NCBI GenBank assembly: GCA_026026165.1
Contig: JAPEUD010000010.1
Location: 434,001 to 498,000, forward strand
Reading direction: 5' to 3'
DNA: 64,000 nt
Source of the DNA: Sarea resinae
Lineage: Eukaryota
The notes under the pieces were generated by a model. It worked only from the letters and a program-made list of their open reading frames with translations. It was not told the DNA's origin and ran no database searches. Positions 25,601-36,960 of the stretch are shown piece by piece. Position numbers and translations under genes: made by a program. Every line of letters starts with the position of its first letter. Within the stretch, counting starts at the first letter, position 1.

Positions 25601-27258
25601 TCTGGAGCCTAGGTCGGCAAGTTTGCCATGCAGAATTCAAGCTCCCGCTCCGTATGTATGACCACTGTACCTCTTTACGAGATGCGCTGCAGCAGGCTCT
25701 GGGGACAAGAGTTCGGGCGCAAGATTCGGAGCTACTGTAAGAGAGAGGGTCTGAGAGTCTCAAATTAAGAGGCTGCGCTTGACCACACTCTTTTCTTTGT
25801 CCTCCTGTCCCCGGTCGAGGTGTGCTCCAGCTTCCAATCGCCACTGTACCACCGGGTACTGTACGGTGGTAAGGTACCTTACAAAGCCGCCTTCTAGTTT
25901 TCGTTTACTGCGTACCCTCTGGGACTACTCCGGAGTACTCTGGACTACCACCGTCGTAGCCGTGCGCGAGTTGCCCTCGCTAGAAGGATATCCGTGCCGT
26001 GTCTGGCCTTGCCCAGCCGCAATCAGCGATAATCTGTTGGTCCTTTCCCGCAAAGAATGGAACGAACCCGTTGGCGATCCTTCTGTACGAAGTACTTGCC
26101 TTGCCTCTCTCAATTGGCCGTGAAGCACAAGGCTGTGAGCAGCAAGTCATCAATCTTCCAGGTTGCCCGTCAGAAGACTTGAGACTGGCCACTACCGGGT
26201 TTAGAGACGTCCAGGGGGGCTGCGAGTCTACTATGTTCGGAGTTCACCAAACGGACTCGTTGCGATTCTCAGCAGATCAAGATGCGTCGCAGTGGGTGGC
26301 ACCGCTGTTGACTTTCTCGTCGGCCGTTGACGGCTATGGTGACGGTGCATGCTATTGTGGTGTGGAAAGCGGATCGGTATCATTTAGGCAGTCAAGTCAG
26401 TCCAGTAGATACGAAGTGCGATGGTAGCACATCAAAGAGCGCAGAAGGGAATACACCAGCCGTTTCAACAAGGCCCGAGGGCGGTCTTAGCAACGATGAC
26501 AGTACTCGTTGCAGTAGTGGCCAGAGAGAGCCATCTTATCGTTGTTATGACTGCAAAGGAGTCGCCCGTCGTAGGTATCTCTCTCACTCTCCATCTTACC
26601 GTCTCAATTGCCTGTTTCGCGCATTTCAAACTACGATATAGCGCCAGGTTTCTTGTGCCCGACTTTACCTCATACGGTCCCTTTCCATTCCCTCCAGTGC
26701 TACCGACCACGCCCACTACTATGTACTTCGGAGGATGTCCGACCCCCCCAGTTCCTCGACTTTTGTAAGCAGCGAGGTCGGTGGAGCCAATGGCACCACC
26801 GCCGATCCTGCAGAGGTACCAACGGGGGCGAAGGCGACGGCGTCTCGCGACTAAGAGATCCGTCGTGGCCAGGTAGCTGCCGCAAGTCAACGACTGTGGA
26901 CAATGGGCAATCAGAGAGGCCCCAAACACCCTGTTGTTCTGTTCGAGGGTCCCATGTTGGCTCCCTGTAATCGACTAGCATGCGTCCCTTTCAGCATGCT
27001 ATCCGCTATCCACCCACGCCTGTGCGCCGAGACGAGCTTGGGTTCGGTCAAGTCAAGTATCATCATCGTATCGTAGGTAGCTATCGTTGAGGGTCCGCTC
27101 ATCTCACTACTTCTACTCTGATAATACTATCACGGCTCTATCAAGATCCAAAGCCGGAGCATACAGGAAACACGAACGCAAACGAGAACAAGGCAAGTAG
27201 AAGCGGAAACGCTCAGCAATCGACGGTAAGGAGTAATGGCACCAGGCAAGGCAATGGA

Positions 27259-27322
27259 GGCAAGGCAAGGCAAGGCAAATCAGGGCCAGGCTACCACCAC
27301 CACCACCACCACCACCACCACC
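27259..27322. repeat. (GGCAA)4 and (ACC)10 simple repeats
   Basis: Read directly at 27259-27278 and 27293-27322. Confidence 0.9.
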
Positions 27323-28821
27323 ATCACCGTCAGCGGAACCAGCCTTTCGTCTGATCGACCCCGTGCCAGGTCACGCTCTGGCTTTCAACTGTGACCAGAC
27401 TTACGTCTCGAAAGAGGAACGGCTGGACCCTCCAGTATTACGTGCGATCGGATTCGTCAATCCCGGGCCTGCCCACCTGACAGTACACGACCAGACTGCA
27501 GGGCTACTGGTACTAGGTCCGGTAAGTAAACACTACCACCGTACTATTACTGAAGTACTCTTCTCAATACTTCCGGTACTCCTGGTACTCCGGGTACTCC
27601 TGGTACTTGCTACTTGTGGTACTTCGGTACTCGCTCACACTCCACATTCACACTCACACTCTCTCTCACTCACTCACTCACTCACCCAACTCGCTCTCGC
27701 TCTCTCGTGCTGCCGTGGGCACTACTTACTCCTGGCGCCTCTTCCCCAGAAATCAGTCCAGGTCCTTCGACTCGTCGTCGTCGTGTGAAGCTGACAACCT
27801 CAACCCTTCACCGACGCAGATCTAATCGCCACTGTCGACGGTCCTTGGTCCTTGTGCTGCCGGAAAGGGAGCTGAGCCAGGCATCAGCATCATCGCCAGC
27901 TACAATCTTCTATTCTCGGCTCATCTTGTTACTTCTGTTCGTTGTCCGCCATCCGTGAGCGAATTACACGAATTACCTGACCACCCATCGCCATACGCGG
28001 CTATCAACTTATGGGAACCAACTTGTAACGACGGGGACGACTCCACCGCCTGATTGTTGCGCTGTGCGCTATCTACTACAATATCTTTTCGAATCTTCAA
28101 TTGGAAACCCTTTTCCATCAAGCGTCTCTTTCGACTACTCGGCTTGGACGAATCCCGACCCGAGTGTTGGAGCAGCCTCCGTGAGGGAGATCTAGGGCTC
28201 TGTTCACCACTTATGACAATTTGCCTTCTTGCCGACCCTCTGTCGTTTTGATGAAGGTTACCACCTGGTCCGACCTTGGATTCACATTCTTCAAGCTGCT
28301 CATCGAGTATCACATTGCCTACTAAATATCTCGTATCTCGTATCGCTTGGCTGCACCAGGCCGCACCCGCATACCGTTATCTACCGTCCACGGGTTCTTG
28401 AGTGATCAAGGTAAGCTCACACGTGGGCGCAACGCACCTCCAAGCCAGCCCGAGTCTTGCCTCATGCTCATGTGTTTTCTCATCCAGCATTTCTACACAA
28501 ACGTTTTATTCAAAAGTCGCCCGAGTTTCTTCGGTACTGCGACCTTTCCTCTTTCGCTCAGCTAGAGTCGCAACAATTCGCATTTTCCGCTTTCGACTTC
28601 TCGCGGATACTCCTCAATTGTCAACTTTACTTTGAGGTTGTCTGTTCACCACATTCTCGTACAAAGTCGAGAGGCTTTGGATCATCTGCGGTCGTTGTCA
28701 TTTCAGTACGGCAGCACGGTAAGGCAGTCTTTAATCGGTTGACACGCCACATCGATAGCCGATGCTGATCCACCGTCGCATTTTCTAGAGGTCGGAATTC
28801 GAGTTCGAGCATTGCACCGCT

Positions 28822-31800
28822 ATGGTATCCGACACTATTGTCCTACAGACACCCGCAATGCCTGCCACGACGAACACCACTTCCCCCGTGGAAGACTCCA
28901 CGAACAAAAGCAATGGTAGGTCTTTGAACTCTTCTATGTGACCGGTTTTCCGAGCGCTACGAGAATGATCAAGCTAATTCGAGTGATATCAGCCCCAGCT
29001 CGACAGACTGGTGCAAATGCCAATAACAACAATCAAGCCGGAGCTGCGAACTTCCCACCTCCAAAAACAGACAAGCCGAGGCCGCATGTATGCGGAACGT
29101 GTTCAAGATCATTCGCCCGTCTAGAGCATCTAAAACGCCATGAGCGTTCGCACACGAAGGAAAAGCCTTTTGAGTGCCCTGAATGTACCCGATGCTTTGC
29201 TCGACGGGATCTTCTTCTCAGGCACCAGCAGAAGCTCCATATGACCGCTACTCCGTCCTCGAGGCCAAGAAATGGCAGACGGGAAAGTACCAGCAGTGTG
29301 GCTGCCGGCGGACGGGTTCGCAAGAATTCGGTAGTGAATGCAGGAACAACAGGAGACAATGGCAGATCTTCTGCTCGCCCACGAGCGAACACCATTAGCC
29401 ATGTGGATAATGCTACTCTTGGGATGATTGCTGCCGCCAATTCCTCTGTCGCGCGAGGGCGAAACATGGGACTGTTTGTCGGACATCCTCCCAATTTGAA
29501 TCACCTGGCCGGTACTGGAGGCTATGGATATCGGGGAATGTCCTCAGTTCTGGGTCACCATGGGAACCCTCTTGGTGGTTTGCCAAGGATTGAGACAAAT
29601 GGGCTTAACATCGACATGAGTGGAGGTTTGAGGACTGCTCCACCATTCGGCGACCCTGCTGCTGAATTTGAGATGGACAATATTTTCGGTCCTGGTTCGA
29701 CGATCAATCCGGCACAACTACACTTCAACGATTCTCCAGGTACTCTGGCTATGGGAACCCCGCCTTTCGACTTTTCGCAGGGTTTTAATGGAGGGCACAC
29801 GACACATCTGACACTGGATGAAGAGGACAATATGGATTGGGTCAATGGCTTCGAGAATCAAATGTCTTTCGGTGGCAGCAATGAGCATGCTCTCGATGGA
29901 TCCTCACCTTCGGCTATCAGCACCGCCAGCCAAAGTGGAATTAGTGAAGTGATGCTTGATGGCTCCAATAATCCGGCGCAGTCGGCTGCTTTTTGGCAGA
30001 ATTCCATGATGGCACCTGCACAAGTTCCGCCTAACCAGTTCACTATGGATCTTTCGACCACAGCATTCCCTGACTTGGTACCTCCGGCCGGTACAGTATC
30101 TCCGGAGAGCCTCCAGGCACGAAATGGATCGCATGACCCTTTGTTCTCCACGCCACCGCCTTTGACCGCCATGGATGGATCGTCTGTGATGCCAGGGATG
30201 CCCGGGCATAGTTTCCAACATCCAATGAATTTCAATTCCGACACCACCAGCACTTCTTCTGCATCTGTCAGTGGAAGTGGTCGACAGAGCTCGATCACAT
30301 CGGTTTCGACTGACTCCATTACCGATGCAACTAGAACGGCTCTGCTAGCAAGCCTTTCCCAGCCGGCGGTTTTTGGCCACCGCCATCGCAGCTACTCTCA
30401 ATCTTCCGTGAATTCCCCAATGTCTCCAGGATTTGCGCAGCGGTCATCTCATCTCAGCACTTCCCTACCAAGCACTGCAGACCTCCAGCGTTACGTTACT
30501 TCGTACATACAGTACTTCCACCCGCATCTACCCTTTTTGCACGTGTCTTCCCTTAAATTCGACTCTCCGGCCTACTCGAGCAACCCGAACTTTTCTGGAA
30601 GTCACCCGACCCTCAATCAGCCTGGTGTCGTCGGCGGTGGTGGATGTCTCATGCTCGCAATGGCTGCCATAGGGGCTCTCTACGAATATGAGGTTGCTGC
30701 CTCGAGGGAGCTTTTTGAGGCATCGAAGAAGGTAATTCAGATCTATCTCGAAGAACGTCGCAAGGCGGACATGACCGTTGCTCTTGGCTCCTCGGGCTTC
30801 GGAAAGGACAGCACTGCACAGAATACGCCTCTGTGGTTGGTCCAGGCTATGCTTCTCAATGTTATATATGGACACAATTGCGGCGATAAGACAGCCGGCG
30901 ATATTGCGAGCACTCACTGTGCTGCTTTAGTAAGCCTCACTCGAGCCGCGGACTTGGCAAGGCCGGTTCCCTTGGAGACTTTTGCTTCTAGAGACCGGCC
31001 AATGTTCATGTCCGACGACCAAGTCTCAGGCGATGATTTCCAGATTCGAGACGAGTGGACCGCTCCAGAGGCCTGGAATCTGGATGGACAGCTCGATGAT
31101 TCAGACGAGCAAGCCGAGTGGTCGCACTGGAAGCTTACTGAAGAGCGAAAGCGTACACTATACGCGGTCTTCATTACCTCCAGTCTTCTTGTCTCGGCGT
31201 ACAACCACGCGCCTGCACTCATTAATTCGGAGATCCGCCTTGACCTGCCCTGTAACGAAGATCTTTGGGCAGCAGAAAACTCGCAAGCATGGAATGCCAA
31301 GGGCGGTCGATCAAGCGCAGAGCGGGAAGCTATACCGTTTGCTAATGCCCTCAGTTCTCTACTCACCGCAGGACAGAGACAGCCACAGCTTCAGCAGGTG
31401 ACGCAGCCTTACAATCAGCACTTCGGCTCGGGTGCTCAATTAGATGATCTTCCAGGAAGCGAATTGAAGCCTAGCACCTTTGGATGTTTGGTACTGATCA
31501 ACGCACTCCATAATTATATATGGGAGACGCGCCAGCAACATATTAATCGCCAATGGACTCCTCAGGAGACCGAGGCAATGCATGCTCATATTGAACCTGC
31601 TCTCAAGGCCTGGCAAGCAGCCTGGGCCAGCAACCCTCATCATAGTCTCGAACGGCCCCATCCATATGGTATGGGGCCTCTCTCTGCAGATAGCATACCC
31701 CTCCTAGACCTGGCCTACGTTAGGCTGTTCGTGGACCTAGGGCGCTCAAAGGAGGCCTTTTGGCAGCGAGACTTCGATGCAATGGCTGACGAGTTGGCTC

Positions 31801-32580
31801 GAAACTCCGAGGAAGGTCAACAAACTGACATGTCCTCGTCGCCTGACCTTTTCAATACCGATTCCACAGATGCAGCCAGCAATATGAATGCCCCTAATGC
31901 ATCCACTGCTGATCAGAACGTTCTCGGAGGCCTATACGTCCCCCCTGCAAACAATTCAAGCAATCAGGCACAGCACTCTGGACAATCATCTAAACGGGAA
32001 CGATATCTTCGCAAAGCCGCATTCTATGCCGCAGATTCTCTTTCAATGTCCGATAAGCTTGGAGTGACGTTCGCAGACTACTCGTCTCGCGAATTGCCCG
32101 TACAGTCTGCGATGTGTGCTTTTGATTGTGCACAGGTCCTAGCAGAATGGGTCTCCACCGTTCAGGAGCGCGTTGGACGCTACCTCGGCATCTTGGGCAA
32201 AGACGACATCGACTATGGCCAAGTGCCTGGGATCATGCTCCTCGATGATGAGGATTGTAAGCTGTTGGAAAAGATTGCCGATGTACTCCGCAGTGCGGAA
32301 GTCAAATTGGCTTTCGAAAGCAAAGGCTCTAGTATACTGGATACCTTTTCAGCAATGAATGGCCTTCCGAGCACTAGTGATCACGGGTATGGGAGCAAAA
32401 TTCTCTTACTCACGGCCTATATGCTCGAGAAGGCTGCTGTCTGGCCAAGTAAGTGTTTCATTCTCATCTACCAGGAAGATACTAACCATGACAGTGGCTC
32501 GACTTATGGCGCGGTCTTTAGAGACTGAAGCGGCGCACATGAAGGCTAGGGCTGAACAATCGGTCTTGAATCGACAGTGA
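28822..32580 (+). CDS. amdX: C2H2 zinc-finger transcription factor with fungal-specific TF domain (AmdX / Adr1-Rsf2 family); exons 28822-28915, 28993-32448, 32495-32580
   Basis: [98 protein letters not shown] central domain; two GT-AG introns. Confidence 0.88.
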
Positions 32581-33682
32581 TATGTTGCTGAAGCGCGAAC
32601 GAACCCGCCACGGGTTTGGCTGCCAGCCAGCGACGGTACATTCGTTTCATAATTCCGACTTATGATTTCACGATGAGGATCTAATCTGCAATGTTTCTGA
32701 AAACATACGCCGCTCGCTCCAACAACTCCCCCCAAAAAGTTCACGGTCGTCCTTACGTCTGTTTGATGGCACGGGACAAGGGCACAGCTGTCCTTTCGTG
32801 CCAATGTTACGGCTTCACATATTGCATGTAGTTCGGTGTTTGACCCTCGGATGGGTGCTGGTTGTATACGTTCCAGCTTGGAAGTTACAGAATCACGATC
32901 GGGACGCCGGCGCTCGCGGATATCTGCATTGAACATATCTCGAGAACATCTAGTCGATGTCACCATTCACATATATCTGAATTCTGTTTTGGCTTCCTTT
33001 GGGTTTTCGGCGTATTTGAATTTCTGGGAATCATGGAGGGGTTTATGACTTGATGAGGAGGCTCGTCAAACGGCATTCTCAATTCCTGGGTTCTCGTTCA
33101 CCCTCGGAAGGTACAGCTACGAAAAGTCTGTGAATATACTAGGAATGAGATATTCGAGACTATAGTGCTGTCGCATGCTGCAGTATTGAATGGATGAGAT
33201 GACCTGATGTTTACATATCGCCGTAGCTGCCAAGCGGGTCCTCCTATATTTAGTAATAGAGGAGGCTACTCAGGAGGCTAAGGTAGTGGTGCATGGAGTG
33301 CTGAGCCCTATACTAGTTGCGGATGAAAGACTAAAGCGGCGAGCGCCCGTGGGGAAGTACCAGGTACGCCACTTCAGGAAATAATAACACGGCGACGCCC
33401 ACAAGCAGTTCAGCAAAGAGAGCTTCATCCTGATCTTTGGATCACGCTGGTCTAGCCCTCTCTTCTGTCCCTTTTACTGCGCTTTCTGCACGGTGAAGGG
33501 ACCGTGCAACCCGAGGCGGAGGTCGCTGGCGTGAGTTCAAGCGCTTGACTGCACGGTGACTCTGCTGCGGCGCAGCTCAATGTTGCTCCTTCAACCCCCA
33601 AAATCTCCATCACATCCTCCGGACGACTTGTCATGACACACTCCTACACATGCGAAAACGACGATACTGACAGGGTTTCACA

Positions 33683-35785
33683 ATGGCGAGCAACGGCGTG
33701 GAAGAGCCTCAGTTGAATTCGATCCAGGCTCGCATTGCGGCCTTGAATCTGGGACAAATGGGACGAGGCCCAGGCGCAGCAATCCCAGTGGCAAGGCGAG
33801 ATGCTCTTGCGTCTGCTGCTCCTTCTACGTGCCCGGAGCCGCCCCTCAATAGGCCGGGGCTTGAAGGCAGGAGGCATACCGCCAACGTTCCACCTTCGGA
33901 GACTCACGGTTCGGGCACAAGCAAGATAGTGGGAAACGAGCCTAATGGGCCCCAGCGAAACGGGATCTTGCCACCTCCTACGCTCGTCCGTTTGGCAGAG
34001 AGGGGTTCTGACAAGGAACATGGAGCGCCTCCTCAGCTGCCACCACGGCGCTCTTCTTCTCGCCCACCACCTACACTTCCTCCCCGGAGACCGTCTGGGC
34101 AGGCATGGACTCGAAGGGATTCCGCAGGGTCGGTATCATCAGCTGTGTCTTCGACTTCTGGTCTATCTACAGGGACGGCCATGACATCGTGCTCACGATC
34201 GCCTTCAATGGATGGATCGTCCCAGAGAATGCGTGCCCCTGCCTACGATCCGTCCTCTCTACCTCCCCTACCGGCGAAACGAGAAAAGGCAGATGGAAAG
34301 GCTCAGACTTCGAGAACAGAGCCGTCGAAGGCCTCTGAACCGGCCGCGGCGAAGAAACCTCCCTCACTTCCTCCACGACTGCCTGCGCGGCGTGCGCAGT
34401 CCAGTGTGGAAGACAGACCACCACCCGAGATCAAAGCTTCGATAGCACCCAAACCGAAGCGTTCAATACTATCCATGGGCTTTAATAATCCAGAGCCCCA
34501 AGCGCCCGCAATTCCCGCCGCCCGACCAAGCCAAACGAAACTGAACTGGCAATATCAGAACCAAGAGCCCAGCCCGACTCCCCCGCCAGTACCGCTAGCA
34601 TCACGTCCGAAGTTCTCGAATCGCCAGAACACCTCCTCTACCGTATCGCCCTCACAGCCCTCACAGTCTCCGACGTTCTGCATGAAATGCCGCGACTTCT
34701 CCGGCCCAGACACGCACGCCACCAAGTTCCCACGCGAGACCCTTCCCCAGACAAACACAATCCCCTACCTCGCGCAGGCGCTGACGTCGCCGTTCCCGTC
34801 GCACACGGACAAGGCGCGCGCCATCTTCACCTGGCTGCACCACAACATCCGCTACAACACGCAGGCCTTCTTCAACCACTCGGTCCAACCGTCGACGCCC
34901 TCATCAACGCTCATGACCGGGCTCGCCGTCTGCGAGGGCTTCGCCGCGCTCTACACGGCACTGGCCACGCACGCCGGGCTCGAGTCCTTTGTCATCGGCG
35001 GCCACGGGAAAGGCTACGGCTACCGTCCGCTGTCGGCCTCGGACCCCTTGCCGCCGTACGAGGGCAACCACGCGTGGAACGTGGTGCGGATCGACGAGGG
35101 CGAATGGAAGCTCATCGACCCGACCTGGGGCGCCGGCCACATCGAAGACGCCTCGAAGCCGTACCAGCAGGTCTTCCATCCGACCCACTTCACCATGTCC
35201 AACGACGACTTTGGCATCCAGCATTTCCCCAGCGACCGCGCCCACTTCTTCCGGTCCGACGCCCGCGCCCTGTCGTGGGAAGAGTACATGCTGCTCGACG
35301 CCGGCGGCGCCAACGTGCAGATGCTCGGCAGCCCGCAGGCGGACCACGGCCTCGACGAGCGCTCCTTTGTGCCGCACAAGCGCGACATCCCCCTGCACCC
35401 TCTCAACACCAACACCAACAACGCCGCCAACGCCGCCAATGCCGACGACGACGACGACCTCGTCCACTTCGGCTTCTCGCAGCTCTGCCCGCACTGGTCT
35501 CACACCCGCCACGGCCACGGCCTCCCCTACGTCTTCATCCTCATGACACACGGCCGGGGTGCCAAATCCCTCGTCCCCTTTTCCACCGACGCCGCCCGCG
35601 CCAACTGGTGGCTCGACGTCCCGCGCCGCTCGCTCGGCGCCGGCCCGGGCCAGCAGGTCTTGTGCTACGCGGTCAACAGCTTCGACGGGCGCGACGGGCG
35701 CGGCGTCGGCGTGGACGAGTTTCGGCGGCGCAATGGCAAGGTCGCCATGGGTTTTGTGGGCGTGGCGAGCTGGGTGCTGGTGTAG
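33683..35785 (+). CDS. Transglutaminase-like (kyphoscoliosis-peptidase/Cyk3-type) protein with Pro-rich N-terminus
   Basis: 700 aa ORF; DKARAIFTWLHHNIRY, AVCEGFA (Cys), GHGKG, NHAWN (His), LIDPTWG (Asp); several PPxLPPR motifs in the N-terminal half. Confidence 0.88.
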   Translation: MASNGVEEPQLNSIQARIAALNLGQMGRGPGAAIPVARRDALASAAPSTCPEPPLNRPGLEGRRHTANVPPSETHGSGTSKIVGNEPNGPQRNGILPPPTLVRLAERGSDKEHGAPPQLPPRRSSSRPPPTLPPRRPSGQAWTRRDSAGSVSSAVSSTSGLSTGTAMTSCSRSPSMDGSSQRMRAPAYDPSSLPPLPAKREKADGKAQTSRTEPSKASEPAAAKKPPSLPPRLPARRAQSSVEDRPPPEIKASIAPKPKRSILSMGFNNPEPQAPAIPAARPSQTKLNWQYQNQEPSPTPPPVPLASRPKFSNRQNTSSTVSPSQPSQSPTFCMKCRDFSGPDTHATKFPRETLPQTNTIPYLAQALTSPFPSHTDKARAIFTWLHHNIRYNTQAFFNHSVQPSTPSSTLMTGLAVCEGFAALYTALATHAGLESFVIGGHGKGYGYRPLSASDPLPPYEGNHAWNVVRIDEGEWKLIDPTWGAGHIEDASKPYQQVFHPTHFTMSNDDFGIQHFPSDRAHFFRSDARALSWEEYMLLDAGGANVQMLGSPQADHGLDERSFVPHKRDIPLHPLNTNTNNAANAANADDDDDLVHFGFSQLCPHWSHTRHGHGLPYVFILMTHGRGAKSLVPFSTDAARANWWLDVPRRSLGAGPGQQVLCYAVNSFDGRDGRGVGVDEFRRRNGKVAMGFVGVASWVLV

Positions 35786-35789
35786 TGTT

Positions 35790-36960
35790 GGTGGTGTTGG
35801 GAATGAAGTGGAGGGGAGGGGAGTGGAGTGTAGATAGTGGGGGGGGGGGGGAGAGAGCATGGATTCGGACTCGGACTCGGAATTAGACTCGGATTCATTG
35901 TATCGTCGCATTTGGAACCGGGGAACCGGGGAATCGGGGAATTGGGGAATCAGGGAATTGCATTTTTGCGTCTTGTTCCCTCTCCTTTCTTTGCATAGTC
36001 TATAGGCCAAACCTGTCGCCAGATCCAAACCCATTGTCTGCTGGATCTAGATCTTGTCTTGATATTGATCTGGTGACTATTATGTCTGTATGTCTGTATG
36101 ACTGTATGACTGTATGACTGTATGACTGTATGACTACACCTATCCCATTCTATATACCTATATTACATTGTCATGTGGCAAGAACAAAAGAAAAGAAAAG
36201 GGTAAGCCAAAAACGAAAATACCCGACAACGAAAGAAGAAAAAAAAAAAAAGACAAGGCAGAAAAGGGAAGAGAGGGAAAAGAAGAAAGAGAGGGAAGAA
36301 AGAAAGGGAAGAGAGGGAAGAAAGGGAAGACGACTACACCGCCCTATCATCTATGGCGGCGGGGTCCGCTCTTCCTTTGCCCCTTCTTCCTTCCCCTCTC
36401 CATGCATGCATGCCCTACGGTCTCGGAGAAAAAAAATGATTACAGATGAATAGCCCTGCCCTGAACCCGGATCCTGACCCTGACTCGGACCCTGACTCGG
36501 ACCCTGAGTATGAGTATGATATCGAGGCTTGGGGCGAGACGGGCAGGGCAGGACAGGGTAGGACAGGGCAGGGCAGGTTGATGACGATGTACATGAAGAG
36601 ACGAAAAGATCAAGAGATCAAGAGATCAAGAGATCGAGACATGGGCGGGATGCAACCGGGCGCGGGAGAGGTGGCATGGGATGTGCTGGGATGCTGCGTG
36701 CTGGGATGCTTGCTGATGCGGCAATCAAAGTAATCGAAGACTGCAAACCGGGGAGGAGCGGAATATAAACAATGGCGGCTGGATAAACCACAGGTAAAGA
36801 TTAAAAGACCAAAGGGGGCGTTTATAGAAGAAAAATTCCAAGGGCTGAGATGCTATGCTGAGCGGAGCGGAGCGGAGCGGGGTGCGAGGACTCTGTCATA
36901 GTCGTGGCCGTGACCGTGACGAGAAAGTGAGGGGGGAGCGGATGAAAATGAGACAAAAAA
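35790..36960. repeat. Microsatellite-dense convergent intergenic region
   Basis: G run near 35839, GGACTC and GGGAAYCG-like repeats, about 7 copies of TATGWCTG at 36081-36135, purine tract about 36230-36330, GACCCTGACTCG, GGGCA, AAGAGATC and GCGGA repeats. Confidence 0.9.

Noticed and set aside
19385..27102. Many 60-190 aa ORFs in the large intergenic region
   Set aside because: Mostly non-ATG starts, overlapping on both strands, no recognisable domains or consistent exon chains.
34687..36034. Long alternative-frame and antisense ORFs (399 aa, 376 aa)
   Set aside because: Shadows of the GC3-rich transglutaminase-like CDS; low-complexity products with no motifs.
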